DNA of 64,000 nucleotides from positions 1,312,001-1,376,000 of the forward strand of contig OZ240219.1 of NCBI GenBank assembly GCA_965197645.1, given 5' to 3'. Below, piece by piece: positions 20,311 through 29,156 of the stretch (position 1 is its first letter; each line of letters opens with the position of its first letter). The notes beneath the pieces are model-generated. The model ran no database searches. It was not told where the DNA came from and saw nothing but the letters and a program-made list of their open reading frames with translations. The DNA comes from Dehalococcoidia bacterium (GTDB taxonomy: Bacteria > Chloroflexota > Dehalococcoidia > Plut-88900). The position numbers and the translations under genes were made by a program.

Positions 20311-20359
20311 GTGGACGGTAGATGGCACCATCTTCGAGATGTGGTTGGGAAGGTTGTAA
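20311..20359 (+). repeat. Degenerate direct repeat copy 1 (putative att/recombinase 3' tail, encodes TVDGTIFEMWLGRL*)
   Basis: 30/39 identity to 22382-22420; peptide and stop position conserved. Confidence 0.55.
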
Positions 20360-20486
20360 GACTACCAAGGCCCTCGGCCCAAGTAGTATGGCTCAATAGG
20401 GGGGAGGACGGCAAGCCGAGGAGTCAGTCCAGCCGATGTGTTAACGGGAAGCCCCGGCCCGCGGCCCTCTAGTGCTCCTCCTGTTC

Positions 20487-20511
20487 GAGGCCCCGCGTGC
20501 GGGGCCTTCGT
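20487..20511. terminator. GC hairpin, possible terminator
   Basis: GAGGCCCCGC-GT-GCGGGGCCTTC inverted repeat. Confidence 0.35.
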
Positions 20512-20584
20512 CATTGCCCTCAAACTACCGATTGTCGTAGAATGTCACGTGTGAAGGAGTGCCCTCAGAGGTAGGTAATAAGAG

Positions 20585-20857
20585 ATGACGACACCTGTTC
20601 GGCGTTCCCGCGAGGAAACGGCCCGTATCGGAAAAGAGATCTACGAGCGGGATATACGGTCTCTCGTTGAGTCGGATCACTTTGGAGAAGTCGTGGCCAT
20701 TGACGTTGGTAGCGGAAGCTATGCCCTCGGCAAGAATGCCATTGACGCATCTGAGAGCCTACGGAACCAACGTCCAGACGCCCAAGTCTGGCTGATGCGG
20801 GTGGGACACCGAGCTCTGTACCACTTTGGAGGCAGTTCCCTGCGGAGGACCGGGTGA
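20585..20857 (+). CDS. Small conserved protein (DUF5678-like), partner of the aspartyl protease
   Basis: GKEIYERDIR...GEVVAIDVGSGSY motif; GAGG RBS; GTGA overlap with the next gene. Confidence 0.7.
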   Translation: MTTPVRRSREETARIGKEIYERDIRSLVESDHFGEVVAIDVGSGSYALGKNAIDASESLRNQRPDAQVWLMRVGHRALYHFGGSSLRRTG

Positions 20858-21225
20858 TAGAGGGAGTCGTGAACGCCAATCTCGAAGCCGTCGTAATCCT
20901 TCCTCTACAGGACCCGTCTGGGCAGATGCGGGAGGTCGAAGCCGTGGTCGATACCGGCTTCAACGGCTACCTGACCTTGCCCCCGATGCTGATGGAGGAC
21001 TTGGAACTGCCTGTAGTGGGTGATGGCGAGGCGGTTCTGGCGGATGGCAGCGAGGCAGCCTTCGACGTGTACGGCGTTACGGTGCTCTGGGACGGCCAGC
21101 CGATGTACGTGGAGACCGGGGCGGTTGGCGTGGACCCACTGGTCGGCATGGCCCTGCTGGATGGGCACAACCTGAACATCGACGTCGAGAACGGCGGGCT
21201 TGTTCTCATCCAGATGAAAGCGTAG
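20854..21225 (+). CDS. Clan AA (retropepsin-like) aspartic protease, AF_0612-like
   Basis: Catalytic VDTGF motif, LADG flap, LVGM motif. Confidence 0.85.
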   Translation: MIEGVVNANLEAVVILPLQDPSGQMREVEAVVDTGFNGYLTLPPMLMEDLELPVVGDGEAVLADGSEAAFDVYGVTVLWDGQPMYVETGAVGVDPLVGMALLDGHNLNIDVENGGLVLIQMKA

Positions 21226-21313
21226 GGAGTTCCGGGACTTTCCGGTTCTACTTCAACGCCAAGAGGCCATCTGTTCCCTTATAGATGAGTGATTGGTGTA
21301 GAGGTACATCTCA

Positions 21314-22147
21314 ATGGAACAGATTACGTGGCAAAACTATGAACGATTGGTGAAAGATGTTTACAAAACATTAGGTCAAGCCTCGGACGTTGAAATAGAA
21401 TGTTGGGGCGCGAATTGCAGAATCAAGGATAGGGATGGTATTTCCCGCCAAATTGATGTGGTGACAAAACACAGTGATGGAGTTAATCAGTATCGCACTC
21501 TGATTTCGTGTAAGAACTGGGATCGTAAGGTAGGAAGCCCGCACGTAACAGAGATGGCGAAATTGGTAGACGATACGGATGCCAACAAGGGTGTTATTGT
21601 ATCTGCCAAAGGTTTTTCCGAACCGGCAAAGAAAAAAGCTGAGGCGAACGGAATAGGTTTGGTAGAGTTGCGTCGCCCGATGGACAAGGATTGGGAGGGA
21701 CTAATCAGGCGAATCCACATTCGGATCGTCATGACCATACCTCGTATCACCGACCTTCGGTTGAACCTAAGAGCAGAGGGTAAGGTTGCCGAAGGGACGT
21801 ATGGTGGCTTTGCAGATGCGCGAAAGATGATCATAAAGGAGTCAGACCAACGTACACGGTCATTGGCGGAGATACTCGACCCCGTCATGAATACTGCGGC
21901 AGAAGGCGAGCAGCAAATCGAGTTCCCCCCAGGTACTGTTATCGAAAACGAAGACGACCAGGAGTGGATGGGGAATGGCTGCCCCATTAGATCTCTCGAA
22001 TTCAAACTAGAACACAGCGTGTCCGAGAATCAGGTTGCAGTCGATGCGGCGGATAATGTGTACATGGTTATGGAAGCTATATTTGAAGGAAGAAAATTCA
22101 CCATCACAAATGATGGTGAATTAGTCGAGCGGGGAAGCTACCAGTGA
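21314..22147 (+). CDS. Mrr-like PD-(D/E)xK restriction endonuclease with a C-terminal domain
   Basis: YERLV...RQIDV...ISCKNW...GVIVSAKGFS; AT-richer than its flanks. Confidence 0.75.
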   Translation: MEQITWQNYERLVKDVYKTLGQASDVEIECWGANCRIKDRDGISRQIDVVTKHSDGVNQYRTLISCKNWDRKVGSPHVTEMAKLVDDTDANKGVIVSAKGFSEPAKKKAEANGIGLVELRRPMDKDWEGLIRRIHIRIVMTIPRITDLRLNLRAEGKVAEGTYGGFADARKMIIKESDQRTRSLAEILDPVMNTAAEGEQQIEFPPGTVIENEDDQEWMGNGCPIRSLEFKLEHSVSENQVAVDAADNVYMVMEAIFEGRKFTITNDGELVERGSYQ

Positions 22148-22381
22148 CCGTCTGTTGGCCGAACTGCGCGCGCATGTGGGCGAAATTGACCGCCAGGGCG
22201 ATGAGTATGCCCACGGCCGCTTCAATCCCCGTCGAGAAACGGCCCGCCATGGAACCGCCGGTACACGTCTAGGAACGCTGCTTCACGGACCGGCCGCGTG
22301 TGCTTGAGGAAAATGCGATATATCTCCTTCTCGCTGGGCCAGGACAGAAAGCGCAGGTAGCGTTCGTACAACTCCACCAAC

Positions 22382-22430
22382 GTATACGGTAGACGGTTCC
22401 GTCTTCGAGTTGTGGCTAGGCGGCCTGTAG
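22382..22430 (+). repeat. Degenerate direct repeat copy 2 (encodes TVDGSVFELWLGGL*)
   Basis: Matches 20311-20359. Confidence 0.55.
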
Positions 22431-22528
22431 TGCACGGGGCCGGATGCCCACCAAGGTGGGGTCAGAGACGATTCTCCATGAGCCACCAGGCTTGATGAGC
22501 GAGTCATTCACAGTGGACGTCAGGTCTG

Positions 22529-25500
22529 CTACGCGAATATCTCCTCCACCACGTGATTGGTAGCGGCAGGTAGGTTGCGAGACACGACTATCTCATCGCA
22601 AAGGACCACAGGGAGTGCCTGGGCAGCCTGCTTGAGATCCCTGAGCACAGCATCAGCTGGTGTCTCACGCGTAAGCGGCTCACTGAGGCCCACGAAGAGT
22701 TCCGTTCCATCTGCCCGTTTCACATATATCGGAATCGTCACCTGCCCAAAGCTAGGGAGTGTCACGGGATGATTCAGTTCTAGGGTTGAACCTGGGAGTT
22801 CTTGTCTCTTGAGATCTTCGAAGAGCAACCTGGTTGAACCTTGGTGGCGTCCGGCGTTCATGGTCGGATAGCTCCCGTGGATCAAAAATCTCAAGAGACT
22901 TGCCCCGAGATGCCGGTCCAGGAGGTCGTGTTCGAATTTGTTCTTGTAGCTTCTCAAGCAGCGATAGCATGACCGGTCACAGTTCTCAGGACATGCTTCC
23001 AAGATGTGGAGGGCTTCCTCAAAGACATCTAGGCCCAGTTCTCCGACACGTCTGGCAAAGCCAGCACCACCGGGCAATGTGTCATATAGATAGACCTCAG
23101 ATTCGAGACCCTTGCGTCCGTCTTCTGTGAGCGCTGGTCGATATTCGGCCTGCAACTCGTTGGGGTCCAATTCCAACAGCCTGCAGGCGGCAACTGTGAG
23201 CGCCTCGCTAATAGTGCGGAGCGCGACGTTTGTGGGCAGCAGGCCGGGAAGCAGGCTAAGCGGTGGCGTAACACCTATTGAAATGAGCAGCACATCACTG
23301 ATGAAATCAGTTCCTAGTACCAATCCGGTAGTCGTGCCGGCTCCCGTGCAATTCGGATCGCCAGGGTCGGGATATGGCTTACGGTGGTCTGCTCCCAGCT
23401 GCCCATCCCGCGTCGCGGTCGGCTCAATGAGGCCGCATCTCGTACAGTATGAGTAACCTTCGTCACGCGGCCCGCGGTTTGTGACGAGCAGATAATCCCT
23501 AGCGTAGTGTTTGCGAATACGCTCATTGAGGTCCGTCCAGTTTCCTGGGTCTGATGGCGTAGCCATCGTCAACTTGGCGCGAGTTGCGTAGCTCCTGCTG
23601 GGCTGGTCATCTGGGGACGTCCCCTCTTCTCGGCTGACGGGGTGTGCAAACCCAGGGGGCCTCAGCCAATAGGTCGCTGGACCCATGGTCCCGGTCCCAC
23701 CACACCCCTCACAGTGTCTGTTCTCTCCCCTTTCTCCTTCCCCCAATTCCCTAGTGAGGGCATAGTGACAAACCTTGCATTCGTAGTAGAGTCGTCGGCT
23801 AGTCCAAGCTTCGTATCGATCGCTTGACATCGGGGAGTACAGCGCTCCTGAAGTCCAGAGTTTGCCATCAATCCAGACTTCTCTCCCTGGCGCGTACTGA
23901 GAGAGCGCGGTAGCAAGTCCTTGGGACGGGGTATAGCGATAGGCCGCGCGAAATCGAGTCGAGCGCTCTTGATCGAACACGTGAAATGCGGCGACATCTG
24001 TGGGAAAGGCATAACGAGGAAGCACTGCCTTGTAGAGTAGGCGATCAAGGAGCTTCTCCGATGGGTCTCGGGTAGGTCCTTCTTCACCTGGCTCTTCTGG
24101 TGCCTCTAAGCTTGTGGCATCTTCCTCCTCGCTTGACTCCCCGCCCGCGTTCGTACTGGGAGGTTCGGATTGAATCGCAGTATCAATTGAATCTAGCGTT
24201 GCTTCGACTACTTGATCCAGGAGTTCCTTGCGTTCGTTCCCCGAAATCTCTCTTGGAAGCAGAGCATCGACATCCTCCTTCAACTCGACCTCGTTCGAGC
24301 GCAGCCATTGTTCGAGATCAGCGCGGTTTAGCACTCTACCGGGGTTCTTGAAGTCTGCGACCGTCCCGAGCACCGCGAACAGGTGGGGCTGATCATCTGG
24401 ACTAATCTGAGGTAGTTTCGCTTGGTGATATTGCTGCAGCAGGTGCGCAGTAACGTGACGTCGGGCAATTACCGGGTTGCCTAGCGTCAGTGTTGGGTCG
24501 TCAACCTCTCCACGGATCATCTGGTCTGGATGTTCAAAGTAATGCTCATCGTGGCTATCAGCACTACCGAACGCAGTTACGGTTGCGATGGTCGTTCCTC
24601 GGCGGCCTGCGCGGCCTGCACGCTGTTGGTAATTCGCTCTGGCCGGCGGCATGTTCCTCAGTGAAACACCAGAAAGAGCGCCAATGTCGATGCCAACCTC
24701 CATAGTGGTCGTACAGGAAAGGACATCTATCGCCGGTCTCTCTCGGCCCGTGTCCCCGGGACCCAAGTCCACATCCTGGAAGAGAATCTCGTGCTCTTCG
24801 GCCTTGGAGAATATCTCGTCTGCCTGTGCGGTGTTGACCTGCGCAGTGTGCTCTGCAGCAATAAGGGCCAGCGGAGGTCTAGGCGGTGACTCCAGCGCCG
24901 CCAACGTACTCGTTCGGTAGTACCCCTTTCTGGCGACGAACACAGGGTCTGTGTCCGGGTTTATGGGCTCAGCAGAATCATGTCCGCAGTTGGCACAAGT
25001 GATTCTTCCAGGAATGGGCCTTTGAGCGGTCCGGCAGGACTGGCAGTACGACCAGTCACCACCAATCGCCAATGACAGCTCTTTCCCTGCTAGTCGGAAC
25101 ATCCCTTGGGTAGTAGGCTCGGCAAACGTCTCCAATAGCTGCGGAAGCCATTTCCTTTCAAACAGTGACCGCCCCGACGATTCCGTTAGGAGGCGATTCA
25201 TGGCCATGAATCGCCCTGAATGCGAGCGCACAACCGTAGACGACCACGCTCCTGGCATTCGGCTCAACCATATTCCTCGTCGCATCCAGCAGCGTAACCA
25301 GGCACGGGCGAGTGCGAGCTTCTCGTCTTCAGATTCCGCAAACTGGGGAATGTCAGGCAAGGCAATGACCTTGGAGGCGTGGGTAGAGCGCTCAACGAGC
25401 GACGCTAGAGCGAGCGATTCCAGACCGTAGTACCTATCCGTGATCGAATTCATGATCGAGCGCAGCAGAGACTCAGGCGGTGATGAGTTCTTGAGCTCCA

Positions 25501-28057
25501 TAAGGAGTTCCAAGAGATCACCATCGTCCTCCAGAGCTCCGGTTCTGACTGCCTGCTCAACAGTATTCTCCACCTCGAAACTTTCACCGAGCTTCAATTC
25601 GGGCCTCAGCCGTACCCCCATCTCCTTTGCTGCGACTAACACTGCTAGGTAAAGGTCTTCCAAGGAAAGAAATCTGGTGATTGTCGGATTCGCATTCAAG
25701 CGGGCGAATCCAGACACGATCAGAGGGCGCAAGGCATCTTGCGTCGAATAGGTCTGGATATTTGGTGCTAGGCGCGCGGCCATCTGCCTTGAATCGGAGA
25801 AGATGAGGACTTTCCTCCCTCGGAGGGGAGCCAGTTTAGTCGCCCGCTTAGGACTTGGGGGTTGAACCTGAATCTGCTTCGAAATCAGAGCCTGAAACGG
25901 TTGATCCCCTTTAGTCTGATGGTCCTGAACGGAGGTTCGGCCAAATCCGGCGGTCTCACCACACCTTGCGCACGGCTTGAACTCGCCCAAGGGTGAATCG
26001 GTAGTGCCCTCATCTGTCGTAGGAGGATCCGCACGATTAGGACGCAAGTAGACCTGCCGGTTCCGCGCCCCCAAATGGAGCGGGTTCAACCGTCCTGTGA
26101 CCAGATCGTAGTCTGCGGGCTCGACCCTATCTGGGAAGGCTGGACCCTCCAAGAGTAGATCAATAGCATCCAATTCACCGTATAGCCCAGACAGTGTCCT
26201 AAACGCTCCGCCCGGCTCTGACCAGAGGAAGTCGGGGTCTTCTATTTCGTTCGTATACGCCCGGGCGTAGGCCGTGCCACAATTTCGGCACGTGTAGAGT
26301 TCAAGGACTCTGGCACCGCAATCGCATACATTGCGAGGTTGACTGAACAGCTTCCCCGAAGGTCCTCCTCGTTGATCTTCAGGGAGTTCACTGCACTGAG
26401 AGTCCATGCAAACCCACAGCCCGGCGAGGCCCCGGAAGAACGAGTGCACTCGGCAGGGCATTAAACCCGGCTGGTTTGAGTCAGGCTTCGCCATGCTGGC
26501 GAGAGCGATTAGGTTGGTGACGGCGCGTGCCGTATCCTCAGGCGGGACTCCATCGAACAGCGCCTCCCCTATTTCCTCGACTGGCTGAGCCTGGCTCATA
26601 GTCAGGTTGATAAGTGTCGCCAACGGCGGGAACGACTCTAGTGCTTGGTATAGCGCTTGGTGCAATTCGCCTGACGGCTCGACACCTCGGTAACGGAGGA
26701 ACTCTGCCACGTGCGACATTCGGTCAGACTCGGCCTCTGATTCGTAGAAGGCCATGAGGTCGATTGCTCCTAATGTGCGGGCATCTTCGGCCGAGGCCTT
26801 AGCTGCATTAGGACGTAGAAGAAGGTCCCCTTGAACTTTGCTAAAGTCTCCCGATTGCTTTCCAGTGAGTTGGGCAGCAAACTCCAGCGCGTAGTCCGGG
26901 TTCTGCATGCTCGCGCTGGTGCATATGACCTGTAGCCGCTCTGCCGGAATCCCGAGTCGTGCGCAGAGCCGCCGTATGAGCAGTGCTACTTCTGTGCCCG
27001 CAGCTCCGCGGTATAGGTGAGCTTCGTCGATGACCAACAGGAACGACTCATCAGGGTTCGCACGTAGCCATTCGCGCGTTTGATCAAAGATCGGCCTCTC
27101 CAGAGGGCGCATCATCATGTATTCCAGCATCGAGTAGTTCGTCACCAAGATGTCGGGAGGAGCAGCTTGTACTTCGTGTCGCGTTAACAGCTCAGGGTCT
27201 TGGGGTAGCGTAATCGCTCTCTTGAATTCTCCGGACTTCGAGTCCAGCCATCGCTGTCCCCTTTGGCCGTACCAACCTATCAAGTCGGGTTTAGCCGGCC
27301 ATTTGCCCCTCTCCTGCAATTCCCGGACCAGCGCCTCGGCCGCTGCTTGTTGAGGAGAAGAGGAGTCCCGCGAGGTTTCCAGATTGCTTATGTAGTAGTC
27401 CCTTATCGGCGCAAGCCTGACTTGGTCCTTCTTCGAGTCGCGTACTCCCGGGTACAGGGTCCGGCTTGTATATCGCGCGAATCGCGCAGGCCTTCCGGAC
27501 CACCGGATGAATCTGTCGCTAATGCGTGGGTCCGCGAACAAGAGCCTGAGCCGGCCAAGTTGGTCATTGACCAAGGCGTTCATTGGGTATAACACCATCG
27601 CCCGCACTGCTGGCGTTGCTCCAAACGCCTGCCCGTTCCTTTGGGCTTCAGAGGCCAGTTTGCCCAGGATGGGCAACAGGAAACACTCCGTTTTGCCAGA
27701 TCCAGTCCCCGTCATGACCACGAGGCTTCGGCCATCCACAAGCGTGAGCTTCGTGGAATCTGCTTGGTGTTGATATGGGGGATCATAGATCAGGCGGTTT
27801 AAGTCACCGTCGGTCTCAGAGACAGCGCCGAATACTTCAAGGGCAGCCGAATCAAGCCCGAGATCTTTGAACGCCGTGCCGGTCTTGTAGCGAGGTGTGC
27901 TCTCCAAGTAGGGTTGCTGGTGAATCACACCAGTTGTTCGGAGAATCTCCTGACGCTGAGCGACCAGGCTCGGATGGCTTATGTGATACGTCGCCTCGAT
28001 GTAATCCCTTAGAGCTTCTTGCATCTGCTGGATGGTCTCTACGATGGTTAGCGACAT
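22529..28057 (-). CDS. druE: DruE-like DEAH-box helicase with a C-terminal DUF1998 Zn domain
   Basis: TGTGSGKTE, YPMNAL, TNYSMLEY, DEAH, TTTMEVGIDIG, QRAGRAGR and CDRSCYRCL motifs; about 1840 aa; in an operon with a DUF4338 gene. Confidence 0.85.
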   Translation of the reverse strand: MSLTIVETIQQMQEALRDYIEATYHISHPSLVAQRQEILRTTGVIHQQPYLESTPRYKTGTAFKDLGLDSAALEVFGAVSETDGDLNRLIYDPPYQHQADSTKLTLVDGRSLVVMTGTGSGKTECFLLPILGKLASEAQRNGQAFGATPAVRAMVLYPMNALVNDQLGRLRLLFADPRISDRFIRWSGRPARFARYTSRTLYPGVRDSKKDQVRLAPIRDYYISNLETSRDSSSPQQAAAEALVRELQERGKWPAKPDLIGWYGQRGQRWLDSKSGEFKRAITLPQDPELLTRHEVQAAPPDILVTNYSMLEYMMMRPLERPIFDQTREWLRANPDESFLLVIDEAHLYRGAAGTEVALLIRRLCARLGIPAERLQVICTSASMQNPDYALEFAAQLTGKQSGDFSKVQGDLLLRPNAAKASAEDARTLGAIDLMAFYESEAESDRMSHVAEFLRYRGVEPSGELHQALYQALESFPPLATLINLTMSQAQPVEEIGEALFDGVPPEDTARAVTNLIALASMAKPDSNQPGLMPCRVHSFFRGLAGLWVCMDSQCSELPEDQRGGPSGKLFSQPRNVCDCGARVLELYTCRNCGTAYARAYTNEIEDPDFLWSEPGGAFRTLSGLYGELDAIDLLLEGPAFPDRVEPADYDLVTGRLNPLHLGARNRQVYLRPNRADPPTTDEGTTDSPLGEFKPCARCGETAGFGRTSVQDHQTKGDQPFQALISKQIQVQPPSPKRATKLAPLRGRKVLIFSDSRQMAARLAPNIQTYSTQDALRPLIVSGFARLNANPTITRFLSLEDLYLAVLVAAKEMGVRLRPELKLGESFEVENTVEQAVRTGALEDDGDLLELLMELKNSSPPESLLRSIMNSITDRYYGLESLALASLVERSTHASKVIALPDIPQFAESEDEKLALARAWLRCWMRRGIWLSRMPGAWSSTVVRSHSGRFMAMNRLLTESSGRSLFERKWLPQLLETFAEPTTQGMFRLAGKELSLAIGGDWSYCQSCRTAQRPIPGRITCANCGHDSAEPINPDTDPVFVARKGYYRTSTLAALESPPRPPLALIAAEHTAQVNTAQADEIFSKAEEHEILFQDVDLGPGDTGRERPAIDVLSCTTTMEVGIDIGALSGVSLRNMPPARANYQQRAGRAGRRGTTIATVTAFGSADSHDEHYFEHPDQMIRGEVDDPTLTLGNPVIARRHVTAHLLQQYHQAKLPQISPDDQPHLFAVLGTVADFKNPGRVLNRADLEQWLRSNEVELKEDVDALLPREISGNERKELLDQVVEATLDSIDTAIQSEPPSTNAGGESSEEEDATSLEAPEEPGEEGPTRDPSEKLLDRLLYKAVLPRYAFPTDVAAFHVFDQERSTRFRAAYRYTPSQGLATALSQYAPGREVWIDGKLWTSGALYSPMSSDRYEAWTSRRLYYECKVCHYALTRELGEGERGENRHCEGCGGTGTMGPATYWLRPPGFAHPVSREEGTSPDDQPSRSYATRAKLTMATPSDPGNWTDLNERIRKHYARDYLLVTNRGPRDEGYSYCTRCGLIEPTATRDGQLGADHRKPYPDPGDPNCTGAGTTTGLVLGTDFISDVLLISIGVTPPLSLLPGLLPTNVALRTISEALTVAACRLLELDPNELQAEYRPALTEDGRKGLESEVYLYDTLPGGAGFARRVGELGLDVFEEALHILEACPENCDRSCYRCLRSYKNKFEHDLLDRHLGASLLRFLIHGSYPTMNAGRHQGSTRLLFEDLKRQELPGSTLELNHPVTLPSFGQVTIPIYVKRADGTELFVGLSEPLTRETPADAVLRDLKQAAQALPVVLCDEIVVSRNLPAATNHVVEEIFA

Positions 28058-28076
28058 ATATTCCCCACTCTTCCGG

Positions 28077-29156
28077 TCATGAGGGTTCTGGACTGCCATT
28101 CATTTCATCTAGCCACAGCACTTCCGTGGCGAAGCGTACTTCTTCCGCTACCTCATCCTCGGCTATTCGATAGGCGAAGAGACTTCCTGGCCTCGACACC
28201 AGATGTCCGATCGAGTCCAGTCTGCGTTGAGCCCACATCGGCAAGGGAGAGAAGAACTGCATGACATAGGAGTTCCCTGGGCCCAGGCTTATGCTGAATG
28301 TCTGGGCACTTCCCCTAGACGCGTCAATCGCCATCTGCAGACGCCATGCCTCATCGCAGCCGCGCCATCGACTGTCCGCCAGAGGTAGGTCCACGAGTCG
28401 CTCAGGTCTCCCGTTGCTCATTTCTATGTAGCACCACAGGTCTCCACCGTAGGCCTGGCTTCGACGGGCCACAAAACGTCCTGATAGCCGTCCTGCTGAA
28501 GTCCATCGCCCACGGTAGAATCGGACCGGGCGGCTACTGTCGAGCACCGACAATCCAGCCACCTCCCCCGAGGGCTGAGCTGCGTCAAGTAAACGGTCCA
28601 TATAGGCCAAGTGCTGCGTTGGGGCTTCTCGACGGGGTGCCCACAACCACTGATCACCAGGCGCTTCACTGAAACCTAACTGCTCGAGTTCGGCGCCAAG
28701 GTCTTCGCCGGGTCTGGGACTGAGGCGCCGCAGGTGACCCTCGTATTCGATGCGGTCCGCGAGACTATCGAGTACCGGAGTAGAGATGCCTAGGAGAATC
28801 GCGGCACCACTTTCTCTAGATACGAAGCTGGGGGAAGCCGCGTAAAGGAGGACTGCCGCGCGAGAGGTCACATCTGATTCTATGTCGCGGTGCTCAAGAA
28901 AGTCCCCAAGAGCTACCATAGCCTCCAGTGTTTCTCGGATCGTCTCTCTCGTCTCCTCCAAGTCTTCAACCAGTCCGCGCAATGGCTCGGAAACGGCGCG
29001 AACGAGCGTGGTAGAGGCGCAAGGGCACAGGAAGTTCGCAGCCCTCCTCAGAGCTGCGGCCATTGACTCGACTGAAGTGAGGTCAAATGCCGTCTTATCT
29101 AACCCTAGCTCGGCTACCTTGTTGGCGTGAACTTCGCTGGAGGTCAGGCGTCTCAT
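28077..29156 (-). CDS. Druantia accessory protein, probable DruD equivalent (359 aa)
   Basis: Size and position directly before druE; ATGA overlap with the upstream gene; no motif recognised. Confidence 0.6.
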   Translation of the reverse strand: MRRLTSSEVHANKVAELGLDKTAFDLTSVESMAAALRRAANFLCPCASTTLVRAVSEPLRGLVEDLEETRETIRETLEAMVALGDFLEHRDIESDVTSRAAVLLYAASPSFVSRESGAAILLGISTPVLDSLADRIEYEGHLRRLSPRPGEDLGAELEQLGFSEAPGDQWLWAPRREAPTQHLAYMDRLLDAAQPSGEVAGLSVLDSSRPVRFYRGRWTSAGRLSGRFVARRSQAYGGDLWCYIEMSNGRPERLVDLPLADSRWRGCDEAWRLQMAIDASRGSAQTFSISLGPGNSYVMQFFSPLPMWAQRRLDSIGHLVSRPGSLFAYRIAEDEVAEEVRFATEVLWLDEMNGSPEPS

